A stretch of 64,000 nt of DNA from Octopus sinensis (lineage: Eukaryota). The stretch is from contig NC_043007.1 in the NCBI RefSeq assembly GCF_006345805.1, positions 1,116,001-1,180,000 of the forward strand, written 5' to 3'. Shown piece by piece: positions 12,657-24,145 of this stretch. The notes beneath the pieces were generated by a model. That model saw nothing but the letters and a program-made list of their open reading frames with translations, did not search any database and had not been told where the DNA came from. The position numbers were made by a program, and so were the translations under genes. Within the stretch, counting starts at the first letter, position 1; the number at the start of each line of letters is the position of its first letter.

Positions 12657-13056
12657 CTCTTCTATTTTTTAATTATTATGTATCTTCCACTGAAGAGGGA
12701 GCCGGCTTCCAATAAAGATACAAGGTTCCATCTCTGGGATGTAGCTAACACAGACGAATTCACATTTGGAACTTGAGAAAAGTCTTGCATATTTTTACTG
12801 TTCCACTCACAGATTGCTCTTGTAATGTACGAATCAGCCGGTCGATTTCTCTTTCTGAAAATCCCAGTTTATCCAGATTCACCTTTAAGCATTTACTTAC
12901 AAAACCTAGTGCTCCAATTATTATTGGTATGAATATAAATTCATAGTCTGGATATAGAAACTGGAGATTTCGAAGAAGTTGTCCATAGATAACCTCTTTT
13001 TCTTTGATTTTCAAAGACATATTTATATCTGCAGGGCAGCTGACTTCTATGCTTAC
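12657..13056 (-). mobile_element. 5'-truncated RLE-type (R2-group) LINE: C-terminal endonuclease region plus 3' UTR
   Basis: VSIEVSCPADINMSLKIKEKEVIYGQL...IPIIIGALG...[14 protein letters not shown], resembling the IDVxxP...EKxxKY RLE pattern. A 3' UTR hairpin follows. (CATA)n lies on both sides. Confidence 0.75.
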
Positions 13057-13162
13057 ATGTATGTATGTATGTATGTATGTATGTATGTATGTATGTATGT
13101 ATGTATGTATGTATGTATGCATGTATGCATGTATGTATGTATTATGTATGTATGTATGTATG

Positions 13163-13195
<33 letters not shown>

Positions 13196-13960
13196 GCATG
13201 TATGCATGTATGTATGTATGTATGTTATGTATGTATGTATGTATGTATGTATGCATTATGTATGTAATGCATGTATGCATGTATGTATTATGTATGTATG
13301 TATGCATGTTGCATGTATGTATTATAGTATGTAATGTATGTATGCATGTATGCATGTATGTATGTAATTATGTATGTATGTATGTATGTATGTATGTAGT
13401 TGTATGCAATGTATGTATGTATGCATGTATGCATGTATATGTATGTATGGTATGTATGTATGTATTATGCATGTATGTATGTATGCCATGTATGTCTGTT
13501 ATGTATTATGTATGTATGTATGTATGTATGTATATGTATGTATGTATGTATGTATGCATGTATGTATGTTTTATGTATGTATGTATGTATGTATGTATGT
13601 ATGCATGCATGCATGTATGTATGTAATGTATGTATGTATGTATGTATTATGCATGTATGTATTATGTATGTATGTATGCATGTATGTATGTATGTATGTA
13701 TGTATGTATGTATGTTGTTATGCATGCATGCATGTTTTATGTATGTCTGTATGCATGTAATGTATGTTATGTATGTATGTATGTAATGTATGTATGTAAT
13801 GTATGTATGCATGCATGCATGTATGTATGTATGTATGTATGTATGCATGCATGCATGTATGTATGTATGTATGTATGTATGCATGTATGTATGTATGTAT
13901 GCATGTATGTATTATGTATGTATGTATGTATGTATGTATGTATGTATGTATGTATGTATG

Positions 13961-13994
<34 letters not shown>

Positions 13995-14010
13995 TGTATG
14001 TATGTACGTA
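13057..14010 (+). repeat. (TATG)n array, about 950 bp
   Basis: Direct reading of the sequence. Confidence 0.97.
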
Positions 14011-14285
14011 ACGTCTTGAGGCGTTAGAATATAGCACCTGTCCAATGTTAGCGTCTAATACGCTTCCCCCCAAAATTGCTGACTTTCTGCCTCGATTAGA
14101 AAGGATTATCATTAACATATGCATATATCCACACGCAGATGTATACAATCGTACGTATAGAAAATGCATATGTATATATATATTTATATATGCATATATG
14201 TATATGTGTATATATGTATTCATGCACACATACGCACATATATGCCTACAAACAAACACACACATATGTATATACATGTGTGTGT

Positions 14286-14334
<49 letters not shown>

Positions 14335-14439
14335 TATAGGTGAGAAAGTTGATGTATACATATGTATATACATGTGTATTTGTGTTTGTGTATATATATA
14401 TATATAGGTGAGAAAGTTGATGTATACATAGACATACAT

Positions 14440-14470
<31 letters not shown>

Positions 14471-14599
14471 CATATACATAAACATATATATATATATATG
14501 CATGCATCTATATAATATATAGGTATTATATATATACATGCATATACATAGACATACACACACATATACATATATATATATGTGTGTGTGTGTTTGTGT

Positions 14600-14847
14600 G
14601 TGTGCTTGTGTCAGTGTTTGTACCCCTATCACCGCTTGACACCCGCTTTAGGACTGTTTACGTTTCCGTAACTTAGCGGTTCGACAGATATGACCGGTAG
14701 AATGATTACCAGGTTTTAAAAAACATACTGGATTCGATTCTTTCGATTAAAAACTCTTGAAGGCGGTGCCCCAGCATGGCCGCTGTCTAATAATTGAAAC
14801 GACTAAAAAATAATGTGGTAGATGGAAACTGAAAGAATCCCGCCATC

Positions 14848-14905
<58 letters not shown>

Positions 14906-15110
14906 TGTTTTTGCTCCCCTCACCATCATGTGACAACCGATGTTGGTGTGTTTACGTCCCACTAAACTAGCGGTTCAGCATAAGAGATCGATATACTAAG
15001 TATCAGGCTTACGAAGAATAAGTCCTGGGGTCGATTTCTTCGACTAAAAAGGCAGTGCTCCAGCATGGCCGCAGTCTCGTGACTGAAACAAGTAAAACAG
15101 TAAAAGAGAT
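14600..15110 (+). mobile_element. Two tandem 5'-truncated family A SINE copies
   Basis: ACTTAGCGGTTC...GGTGCCCCAGCATGGCCG..GACTGAAAC body and tail occur twice. Confidence 0.7.
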
Positions 15111-15559
15111 ATAAACACTGATTTTAGATACAAAAACAAAGAGAGAGAGAGACACACACACACACATACACACACATACACAGACGTAGACACACATAGA
15201 CACACACATCACACACACAACACACACACACACACAAGCACACACACACACACAAGCACACACACAAGCACAACACACACACATACATTAAGAGTTGATT
15301 TACATATTTATACTACCACTTAACAAGCTTACAGAACAGAGTATCATATTTTTCTTTGTCTTTTTCTCTTCATATTTTAATATTTAAGTGATTATGTTTT
15401 TGAAAGAGATTAATTCTACTGTAGGATTGGCCTTGAAACCTTCCTACTTAAAAAAATGTTTAAATATATCTCCTATTTTCTAAGGCCTGCGTGTGTGTGT
15501 GTGTGTGTGTGTGTTTTTGGGAAAAGTGTACAAGTATATTGACAATAAAGAGGCAAAGG

Positions 15560-15610
15560 AACATGGCGCTGTCTGTTTGTAAAGCCGGAAATGAAGTGGT
15601 TGCTTCCGGT
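15560..15610. promoter_or_regulatory. YY1 + ETS motif cluster (housekeeping-promoter-like)
   Basis: AACATGGCG at 15560-15568, GCCGGAAAT at 15584-15592 and CTTCCGG at 15603-15609. Motif match only. Confidence 0.3.
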
Positions 15611-15764
15611 ATCTATCAACGGCTTTCACAATACTGCTAATTCTCTTATTGTTTTCTGACTTAAGTATTTTCCTTTGTGTTTAATAAGGATTGATTGGAT
15701 CCGCTTAACAGGAACAGCGAAATGAATTTGGTAGTGCAATAAAAAATCACACGGATCTATTTAA

Positions 15765-16210
15765 TTGGCAGAATCGTCAGAACGTCAGACACAATGCTTT
15801 GCAACATTGCTTCCGGCTCATTACGATCTAAGTTCAAATCTCGCCGAGATGAATTTGACTTTTAATCTTTTCGGGGGTCGATAAAATAAAGTATCAGTCA
15901 AATAATGGAGCCGATGGTATCGTCTGTCTTACCCCAACCCTCGTATTTCCTGCTCTTTTACTTCAATCAGAAATTATTACTCTCCGGCTCTAAGGCAGCG
16001 AGCTGGCAGAATCGTTAGCACGCCCGGGCAAAATGCTTGGCGGCATTTCATAAGTTTTTACGTCCTGAGTTCAAATTCCACTGAGGTCGGCTTTGCCTTT
16101 CATCCTTTCATGGTCGATAAAATAAGTACCAGTAAAACACTGGGGTCGATGTTATCGACTTATCCCCTCCTACCAAATGGCTGCCCTTGTGCCTCAATCA
16201 GAAATTATTA
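15765..16210 (+). mobile_element. Two family B SINE copies
   Basis: GGCAGAATCGT..AG head and GTTCAAAT.C B-box occur twice. Confidence 0.7.
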
Positions 16211-16436
16211 TTCTTCGGCTCTTTACGTTTCGAGTTCAAATCCTAACAAGGTTTACTTTGCCTCTAATCATTTCGGCATCGTTAAAAAAATTATGAATCC
16301 AAATCACTGGATCAGCGGAACTGTAAAATCGTTGGATTGGATCCTTGAGCAAAACACTTCATTTCACTTTGCTTTTTGTCCACTCGGCTGGCAAAATTGA
16401 GCAACCCTGTAACAAACCGGCGTCCTGCCCGTCCAA

Positions 16437-16651
16437 GAGAAACCGGGACACCGAGAAACCGGGACACCGAGAAATCGTGACACCGAGAAACCGAGACACC
16501 GAAAAACCGGGACACCGAGAAACCGGGACACCGGGAAACCGAGACACCGAGAAACCGAGACACCGAAAAACCTGGACATCGAGAAACTGAGAAACCGAGA
16601 AACCGGGACACCGGGAAACCGGGACACCGAGAAACTGGGACACGAGAAACT
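16437..16651 (+). repeat. 16-bp minisatellite GAGAAACCGGGACACC, about 13 units
   Basis: Direct reading. The unit is built of two related 8-mers. Confidence 0.92.
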
Positions 16652-17287
16652 GTTCTTCTTACAGAGTAATGTGGACTAACCTACACCTTTCAGTCTTGTT
16701 CACCACACAACCTCACTGGCCTAACTGACTTCCCTTGCCCAAGGAAGGTGGCTCTGCACTTTTTCCGAATTAAATATGCTGACAGCCATTAAAAGCTGTC
16801 CGAAATGTGCCTCATGTGACCCTCCTTATACGTCGAGGTACTGACCATTTCGATACCTGAGATTTGCAACAGCATTACGGTGAAACCATCCGTGCATGCA
16901 GATACACCTTGTATGTCCAGCCATTCCGTTCCGAGCAGAATGGCCCTCAAAGCATATAATTCCTGTAGGAGTGCCTGAAGTATCGAAGCGTCCAGGGACG
17001 ATGAGAGACGGCTTTAGTCTTGACGAAACGATCGTACGTATTCGAAAAGAATAACGGTTACCTTAATCCGTTTTTAATTTAGGGAAACGGCTTGCGGTGT
17101 TTGAGGTGAAGGGGTTAGTCGGTTACAGGGGGTGGGTGGGTTATTTTGTCAACTGCAAGGGATGAATAGGAAAGCTGACCTCGGTCGGATTTGAACCAAT
17201 CACCAGCGCTGTCGTCGCTGCCGCCGCCAACACCGCCCCGCTGCTGCTGTCACTACTACTACAACCACCACCACCACCACCACCACC

Positions 17288-17346
<59 letters not shown>

Positions 17347-17602
17347 CACCACCACCAATATTACTAATCCGCTTTCCTACAATATCCGGCTTTTTGACAA
17401 CATGGCTGAGTAAATCGCTGAGTAAAAATAAATAAATAAAAATTTTAAAAAAAAGAGAAAAGAGAAAAGAAAAAAAAAGAGAAGAATCTCCGTAAATTTT
17501 CGCCGTGGTAATAATCCATTATTTTTACTTGAAGAAAATGACATGAGAAAAACATCCTGTTGTTTATCGTTTTTGTTGACGCATTTACTCGGAGGATTGT
17601 GG

Positions 17603-17620
17603 CCAATCACGTGACCACGT
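17603..17620. promoter_or_regulatory. CCAAT box fused to an E-box (TCACGTGA)
   Basis: CCAATCACGTGACCACG in unique, CpG-retaining sequence, with (CCG)n nearby at about 17773-17790. Confidence 0.25.
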
Positions 17621-18132
17621 CGTTCGAACAGAGAACATCCATTGTTATTCGGCTGGGAGCAGTCAAAGAAAACAAAACAAAACTGGTTGTTGTTGTTCCT
17701 GGTTGTTGTTGTTGTTGTTGTTGTGTGCTCTATGTTCCTGCTAAATGTTCGTCTCCACTATATGCCAGGTCACCGCCGCCGCCGCCGCCGCTGTTTTTGT
17801 TTGATTTAAAACATAGACCAACGCTGATCCACCAAACCCGCGACTAATGTCATTCCCGTTGTGTCACCATTCCGTTATTTTAATGGGTTGCGTTCTTTTA
17901 ATGGGTTCCGTGCTTTTAGTGGGCTTAAACCTCGTGTAGAAGTAAACTCGGGAGTGTTTGTGTGTGTGTTTCTTTGCTTGTTCTACTCCACCACTCGACA
18001 ACCGTTGTTGGTTTGTTTACACGTCCCTTAACTAGCGTTTCGGCAAAAGTGACCGACGTGATAAACACCAGATTTACACAAAAAAATGTCCAGTGACTGA
18101 AACAAATTCAGAATGAAAGATTCCCCAGGTTT

Positions 18133-18171
<39 letters not shown>

Positions 18172-18172
18172 C

Positions 18173-18212
<40 letters not shown>

Positions 18213-18462
18213 GCACAGGAACACGCACATGCACACACACATGCACAGGAACACGCACACGTGCATACGTACACACACACGCACGCATGCATACATGCCC
18301 GTCACCCGCGCACGCACACGTTGAAGCACGGTCAGCCACAAACCGTACGGAAGACCCTATGAAAGGGACAACAATAAAATGTTGCTTCATTAAAAACACT
18401 TCTCTTCGTATGAACTTGAACCCTTGAGCATTCAAATTGCTCTGTCAAATGTAACGTTTGTT

Positions 18463-19058
18463 TATTACCTCCGCCCGCCTTAGCGAAGGCGGAGGTATTG
18501 TTTTCAGTTACGTTTGTTTGTTTGTCCGCGGACACGATATCTCAAGAACCGCTGGATAGATTCCAATGAAACTTTCAGGGATGTTTGGCCACGTGACTGG
18601 CACGAACCGTTTAGATTTTGGGATCGATCCGGTACCGGACAAGGATTCTGGATGTTTTGTTATATTTACTTTACAGGGTTACGATCTTACGTTAACTTTG
18701 AAGTCTTTCTCAATTACGCCCCTTTAGACTAACTATTTCGAATGATGAATTTGTTAACGTTGGCTTGTATTAGATAAGGATAAACTATTTATTACTGTTA
18801 CTAACTTTTCTACACCCACCTTCACATTCCATGACTACCATTGGGATCGATCAGGTACCGGACAAGGATTCTGGATTATTTTTCCGGGTATTTTTCTACT
18901 TAATTTTTGAGAGAGGTCGAGTTCATTTTTAGTATTCTCGTTTGTGAGAGCAGTCGAGTTTATTTCAGATATTCTCATTTTAAAAATCATCTCTGGCTAA
19001 TCGTTGAGAGGACGTTGGTGTCGCCTTGGCGGAGGTCTGCGCTCTCTGAGTGCCTCTT
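18463..19058 (+). mobile_element. Helentron-associated non-autonomous element (HINE/DINE-1-like architecture)
   Basis: 5' ACCTCCGCC (18467-18475) with its inverse GGCGGAGGT (18488-18496). 3' subterminal GGCGGAGGT (19028-19036), then a short hairpin GCGCTC-TCT-GAGTGC, with T-rich flanks. A second copy lies at 31175-31745. Confidence 0.65.
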
Positions 19059-19466
19059 ATTATTTATTTATTTATTTTAAAAATTATTGCAATCCACGAT
19101 GCTTTCATAACACGCGTTCGTAGGTACGCTACTTAATTTCCGATTCCCCATCTACAGGAATGCCCACTGATGTTAATGGCAATAACGGTGATATAAATTT
19201 CGCGCTAAAACAAATTGATATATTCAAATGACAGTGTCATACACGCAGTCCTTATTTGTCCTCATTGGCAGAGTTTTTCAAGTGGTTGAAGGAAGCATTC
19301 GGAAAAGAAGAAAAAAGCAAAATTAGAATTTAAGAAATGAAAACTGTTGATTTTAAGATTAAACTTTATTGTTTCGTGGAATACATTGGGTTTATGTTTA
19401 AGCTAATCGCTGAGAGGACATTGGTGTTGCCTTGGCGGAGGTCTGCGCTCTATTAGCACTCTTGTT
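19059..19466 (+). mobile_element. Extension of the HINE-like element ending in a second 3' terminus
   Basis: 19403-19466 duplicates 18997-19058. 19059-19402 is shared with 30833-31174. Confidence 0.6.
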
Positions 19467-19983
19467 CGCATTGTTTTGAATACATTGTCTCGCAGCTTCG
19501 AGATTTTGAGTGTTAATCTTTAAAATAACATTGTAGGGTTTGTCTGAGAAACCAGATCTGTGCAAATTGAATACTAAAAGGTTAACCAGGACGCTTTAAA
19601 ATGGGGATTATTATACAAGTCATGAGGGGTTAAACGTAAGCCTGTAAGGCTAACCGGAAGTGCTAAAACTTTGGATTTGAAGTATTGTCGGTCATTTGCA
19701 TCATCAAAGGACGGCCATATTGCGACTAAAGAAAAAAAAAGGAGTTAATTAAGGACAATCGATAATTAGGCAGTTTCTGACATTTATCTGGACTGACTAA
19801 TTAACAAGACGGAAGCGTATGGCGACAGAGCCCTGGTGTATAGCTGAGTGGTAGTAATTAGTTTTGTTGTTGTTGTCTTTTGTCTTAGGAACAATTGTAT
19901 GACACCACTATTGAGTGAGTCACGCGAACAACAGCAATGTGATATGTGTGTGTGTGCATGCGTATATATATATATATATATAT

Positions 19984-20014
<31 letters not shown>

Positions 20015-20189
20015 TGTGTGCGTGTGTGCGTGTATATATATATATATATATATATATATTCATATAAGCATGTATATATGTATGTATGTGTGTGTGTATG
20101 CATATATAAAAATATGTATATGTATGTATGTGTATGTGCGTGTGTGTGTGTGTGTGTGTGTGATGTGTGTGTGCGTGTGTGTGTCCCCG

Positions 20190-20500
20190 TGTACATACTG
20201 CAGGTCCATTTTGAGCAACCAGGCATCATTTGCTATGATAAAGCTGAACGTCATAAAAAAGAAAAAAAAAAAGAAAGAAAGAACATATCGATCAGTTTCC
20301 TTAATAAACGCAAAGTGTACAACTTTCTGGTGACTTCGATCGTTTTCTATGCGAAAGCTGGATATTCCCGACCGACACGGAACATAGAATGTAGATTCCA
20401 AGAAGTTCGTGCACCAATGCTTCAGAAGGTTGTTATGTACCTTGGACATAGAGCTCAAGACCAAACCTCTTCGCCAGAAAGTAGGTTACTAAGTGCAAGG
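20190..20500 (+). pseudogene. Degraded RTE-clade LINE RT-thumb fragment
   Basis: Frameshifted pieces FAMIKLNVI..NISISFLNKRKVYNFLVTSIVFY / ESWIFPTDTEHRM / QCFRRLLC, resembling RTE LYGCESW...KCFRRLL. Confidence 0.55.
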
Positions 20501-20579
20501 CGTTGGAGGTAATTCGAACGATTTTTCTTTCTAACCATAGTATGTATGTTATTGTTTGTAGTGTAATGCTCACATAAAT

Positions 20580-21050
20580 GTTGTTCTATGTTGTAGTAGT
20601 AGTATGTATGTATGTATGTAGTATGTATGTACTACGTGCGTATGTATGTATGTATGCATGTATGTATGTATGTATGTATGGTATGTATGTTATGTATATG
20701 TATTATGTATGTATGTGTATGTATAATGTATATGATGTATGTATGTATGTATGTATGTATGTATGTGTATGTATTATGTATGTATGTATGTATGTATGTA
20801 TATGTATAGTATTTGTCGTATAATGTATGTATGTATGTATGTATGTATGTATGTATGTATTATGTATGTATGTGTATGTATGTATGTCTATTATGTATGT
20901 ATGTATTATGTTGTATGTATATGTATGTATGTATGGTATGTATGTATGTATGCATGTATTATGTTGTATGTATGTATGTATGTATGTGTATGTATGTATA
21001 TGTATGTATGTGTAGATGTATGTTGTATGTATGTATGTATTCTGTATGTA
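20580..21050 (+). repeat. Degenerate (TATG)n array
   Basis: Direct reading. Contiguous with LINE copy C. Confidence 0.9.
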
Positions 21051-21054
21051 CGCA

Positions 21055-21243
21055 GATTTGTATGTTTTGTTTTACGTATGTATTCTCATACTATAGTTGC
21101 ATATCTAGACATGCTCATATATATCTAAATGCTAAACTTCTGGAAAGTTTTACAGATTTTTACACTTCCAGTGATGGATTGGATCTGTAGTCTTCGAATT
21201 AGCTTTCCCCTTTCTGGTTTTGAGAAGCTTAATTTCTCATGCT
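21055..21243 (-). mobile_element. RLE-type LINE 3' end, copy C
   Basis: Open frame EKLSFSKPERGKLIRRLQIQSITGSVKICKTFQKFSI*. Confidence 0.72.
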
Positions 21244-21317
<74 letters not shown>

Positions 21318-21747
21318 GCTCTCGCTCTCTCACTCTCATTTTCTCTCTCCCTCCCCTCTTTCTCCTGTCAACAGGCCTTACTCCATGCAAATACAAAGTC
21401 TCCAACCACAAGAAAATAAATGTTATTGAATCTAAAATATTGACTTCACGGAACATTTAAAATATGTAAACAAGACTTTCACCTTGAAAAACAGATTCAG
21501 AATGACTTAGCGATTTTCTTTCTTCTTTTCTTTATGTATTTATATATAAATATGGTTGTGTGGTGAAGGAGTTCAATTCGCAACCATGCGGTTCGAAGTT
21601 CGATCATTCAACTTGCTGGGTTGGACAAGGATCGTGGGTCATTGTCGTGGATAGAAGCCTGCTGAGTGCTCTGTATGTCGTCGTCGTCGTCGTCGTCATC
21701 ATCATCAAAAGCAGTAACAACAACAACAACAACAACAACAACATCAA

Positions 21748-21785
<38 letters not shown>

Positions 21786-22601
21786 ACAACAACAATAACA
21801 AACCCTTGGCATTATTGCCTCCATGTGTAGGAAGTCTCACACGGCCGTTTACCTGGTTGCCATGGGATGGGATCACAAAACACCTCCTGAGTAGAAGTGC
21901 CAGTTCGTTGCAGAGTAACTGATTTACAGCTGACCAGACTGGAGCAACGTGAAATGAAGTGAATTTCTCAAGAACACAACGCACCAGCGTGAAATCTGCC
22001 TTTAAATTTCCCTGTATCATGATTTGAATTGTTAGATTTATCTCTCCACCCTGAAGACGGCAGCCGGATCTACCCAGTGTTTATTTGCTTCCATAACTAG
22101 TTGCATACTTTTATGAACTACATCTGCCAACATTATGAAATAACTCCGAGCTCCACGAAACAGGTGTCGGACATGTAACACTATACCTTTCCCTTTGTAC
22201 TCTGTATACTCCGTGTAAGTTTGCTCTTTGTACGCTGTATCAGTTTGCTCTGTTAATATATAAATATCTATATATTTGTACTAGAATACTCATCGCCTGA
22301 AAATGTTCAGTCTTTGCTTTCTATACATACGTATATATCTTTATCTTTTACTTGTTTCAGTCATTAAATAGCGGTCATACTGGGGCACCGCCTTGGAGAA
22401 TTTTTAGTCGAATGAATCGACCCCAATACTTACTTTTTACTTACTTTTTTGCGGTTCGGCAAAATAGACATATAGAATAAGTACGAGGCTTACAAAGAAT
22501 AAGTCCTGCTGTCTATATGTGAGACTAAAGGTGGTGCTCCCGCATGGCCGCACTCAAAGACAAACAATAGAAGAAAAGAAAAAAGGAATATATGTATGTG
22601 C

Positions 22602-22641
<40 letters not shown>

Positions 22642-22750
22642 ATATTAGGGAGTAAATCCAAACTTACAGGGAAATTTGTCTCTAATTTAATATATATATA
22701 TATATATAAACATATATATATGTATGTATATATATATATATATGTATATG

Positions 22751-22846
<96 letters not shown>

Positions 22847-23668
22847 ATATATTATATTATATTATATTAAATTAGAGATAAAACCACTATTAGGCAAATC
22901 AAACAATGAAAAACATAAGCCAATACATAAAATTAATTAATTTATATTATTTAAATTGTATGTATGTATGTATGTAGGTAGGTAGGTAGGTAGGTAGGTA
23001 GGTAGGAAGGTAGGTAGGAAGGTAAGAAGGTAGGTAAGCAATGACGTCATAAAACAGCTGTTGAAGGTGCGTCATTGTTACAAAATGACAACAACAAAGT
23101 TAAAATTTATTCTCAGCCGGTATTGAAAAACAAAATGTCACAAATTGTAAATACAACAGTTTGAATAGCTTTGATGCCGGATCCTTGAAACGATCTGGTC
23201 ATCACTTTGGTCAACCGTCATCGAAATAGATTATTGGCTATGTGGTAAGAAGGTTGCTTTCCAACCACATGGCACCGGGTTCAGTCCCTCACCGTGCCAC
23301 GTTCGGCAAATGTCTTCCACTCTAGCCTCGGACCAACCAAAGCCTTGTGAGCGACTTTGGTTGACGGAAACTGAAAGGAGCTCGTCGTACACACACACAC
23401 TCACATACCTACATATGTATATATGTATGTATATATGTATGTTTGTATGTATGTATATATGTATGTTTGTATGTATGTATGTGTGTGTGTATGTATGTAT
23501 GTATGTATGTATGTATGTATGTATGTATGTATGTATGCATGTATGTATGTATGAATGTATGTATGTAGGCATGTATGCATGCATGCATGCATATATGCAT
23601 ATATGCATGTATGTATGTATGTATGTATGAATATATGTATGCATGTATGCATGTATGCATGTATGTAT

Positions 23669-24078
23669 GTAAATTAATCAAAATAAAAACATGATGCCAA
23701 GGATTCAGCGGTACATATGTTTCGGGCCTTTATTAGACGGATTTATAACAATGCATAATGTGTGTCTATGGCCTTCTTCAGCCGCGCACAACTACTACCT
23801 CAAGGACATGTATTACATCAAAAATTCTACATTGAGAGAAGGACGGGATGGACGCTTCATTTTTATGCTGTTGCCGCATTATGTCGTACGCGAATGAGAG
23901 GATTTGCATCCCCAACGTAGAATTTTTGATGTAATACATGCCCTTGACGTAGTAGTTGTGCGCGGCTGAAGAAGGCCATAGGCACACATTATGCATTGTT
24001 ATAAATCCGTCTAATAAAGGCCCGAAACATATGTACCGCTGAATCCTTGGCATCATGTTTTTATTTTGATTAATTTAC
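23669..24078. mobile_element. Foldback/MITE-like element with 166-bp inverted arms
   Basis: 23669-23834 is the reverse complement of 23913-24078 with 4 mismatches and a 78-bp spacer. TA dinucleotides lie at both ends. Confidence 0.75.
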
Positions 24079-24145
24079 TCCACCACCTACACCACCAAAC
24101 GGTATATACAGGTGCTTACAATTATCAAGTACTCACCCTGAATTT

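Noticed and set aside
19946-20512. 188-aa ORF as a host gene exon
   Set aside because: The 5' half is microsatellite and the 3' half is a frameshifted RTE LINE remnant.
22040-22175. CTGAAGA...GAAACAGGTGTC as a hammerhead with long stem II
   Set aside because: No consistent stem I or stem II pairing could be drawn.
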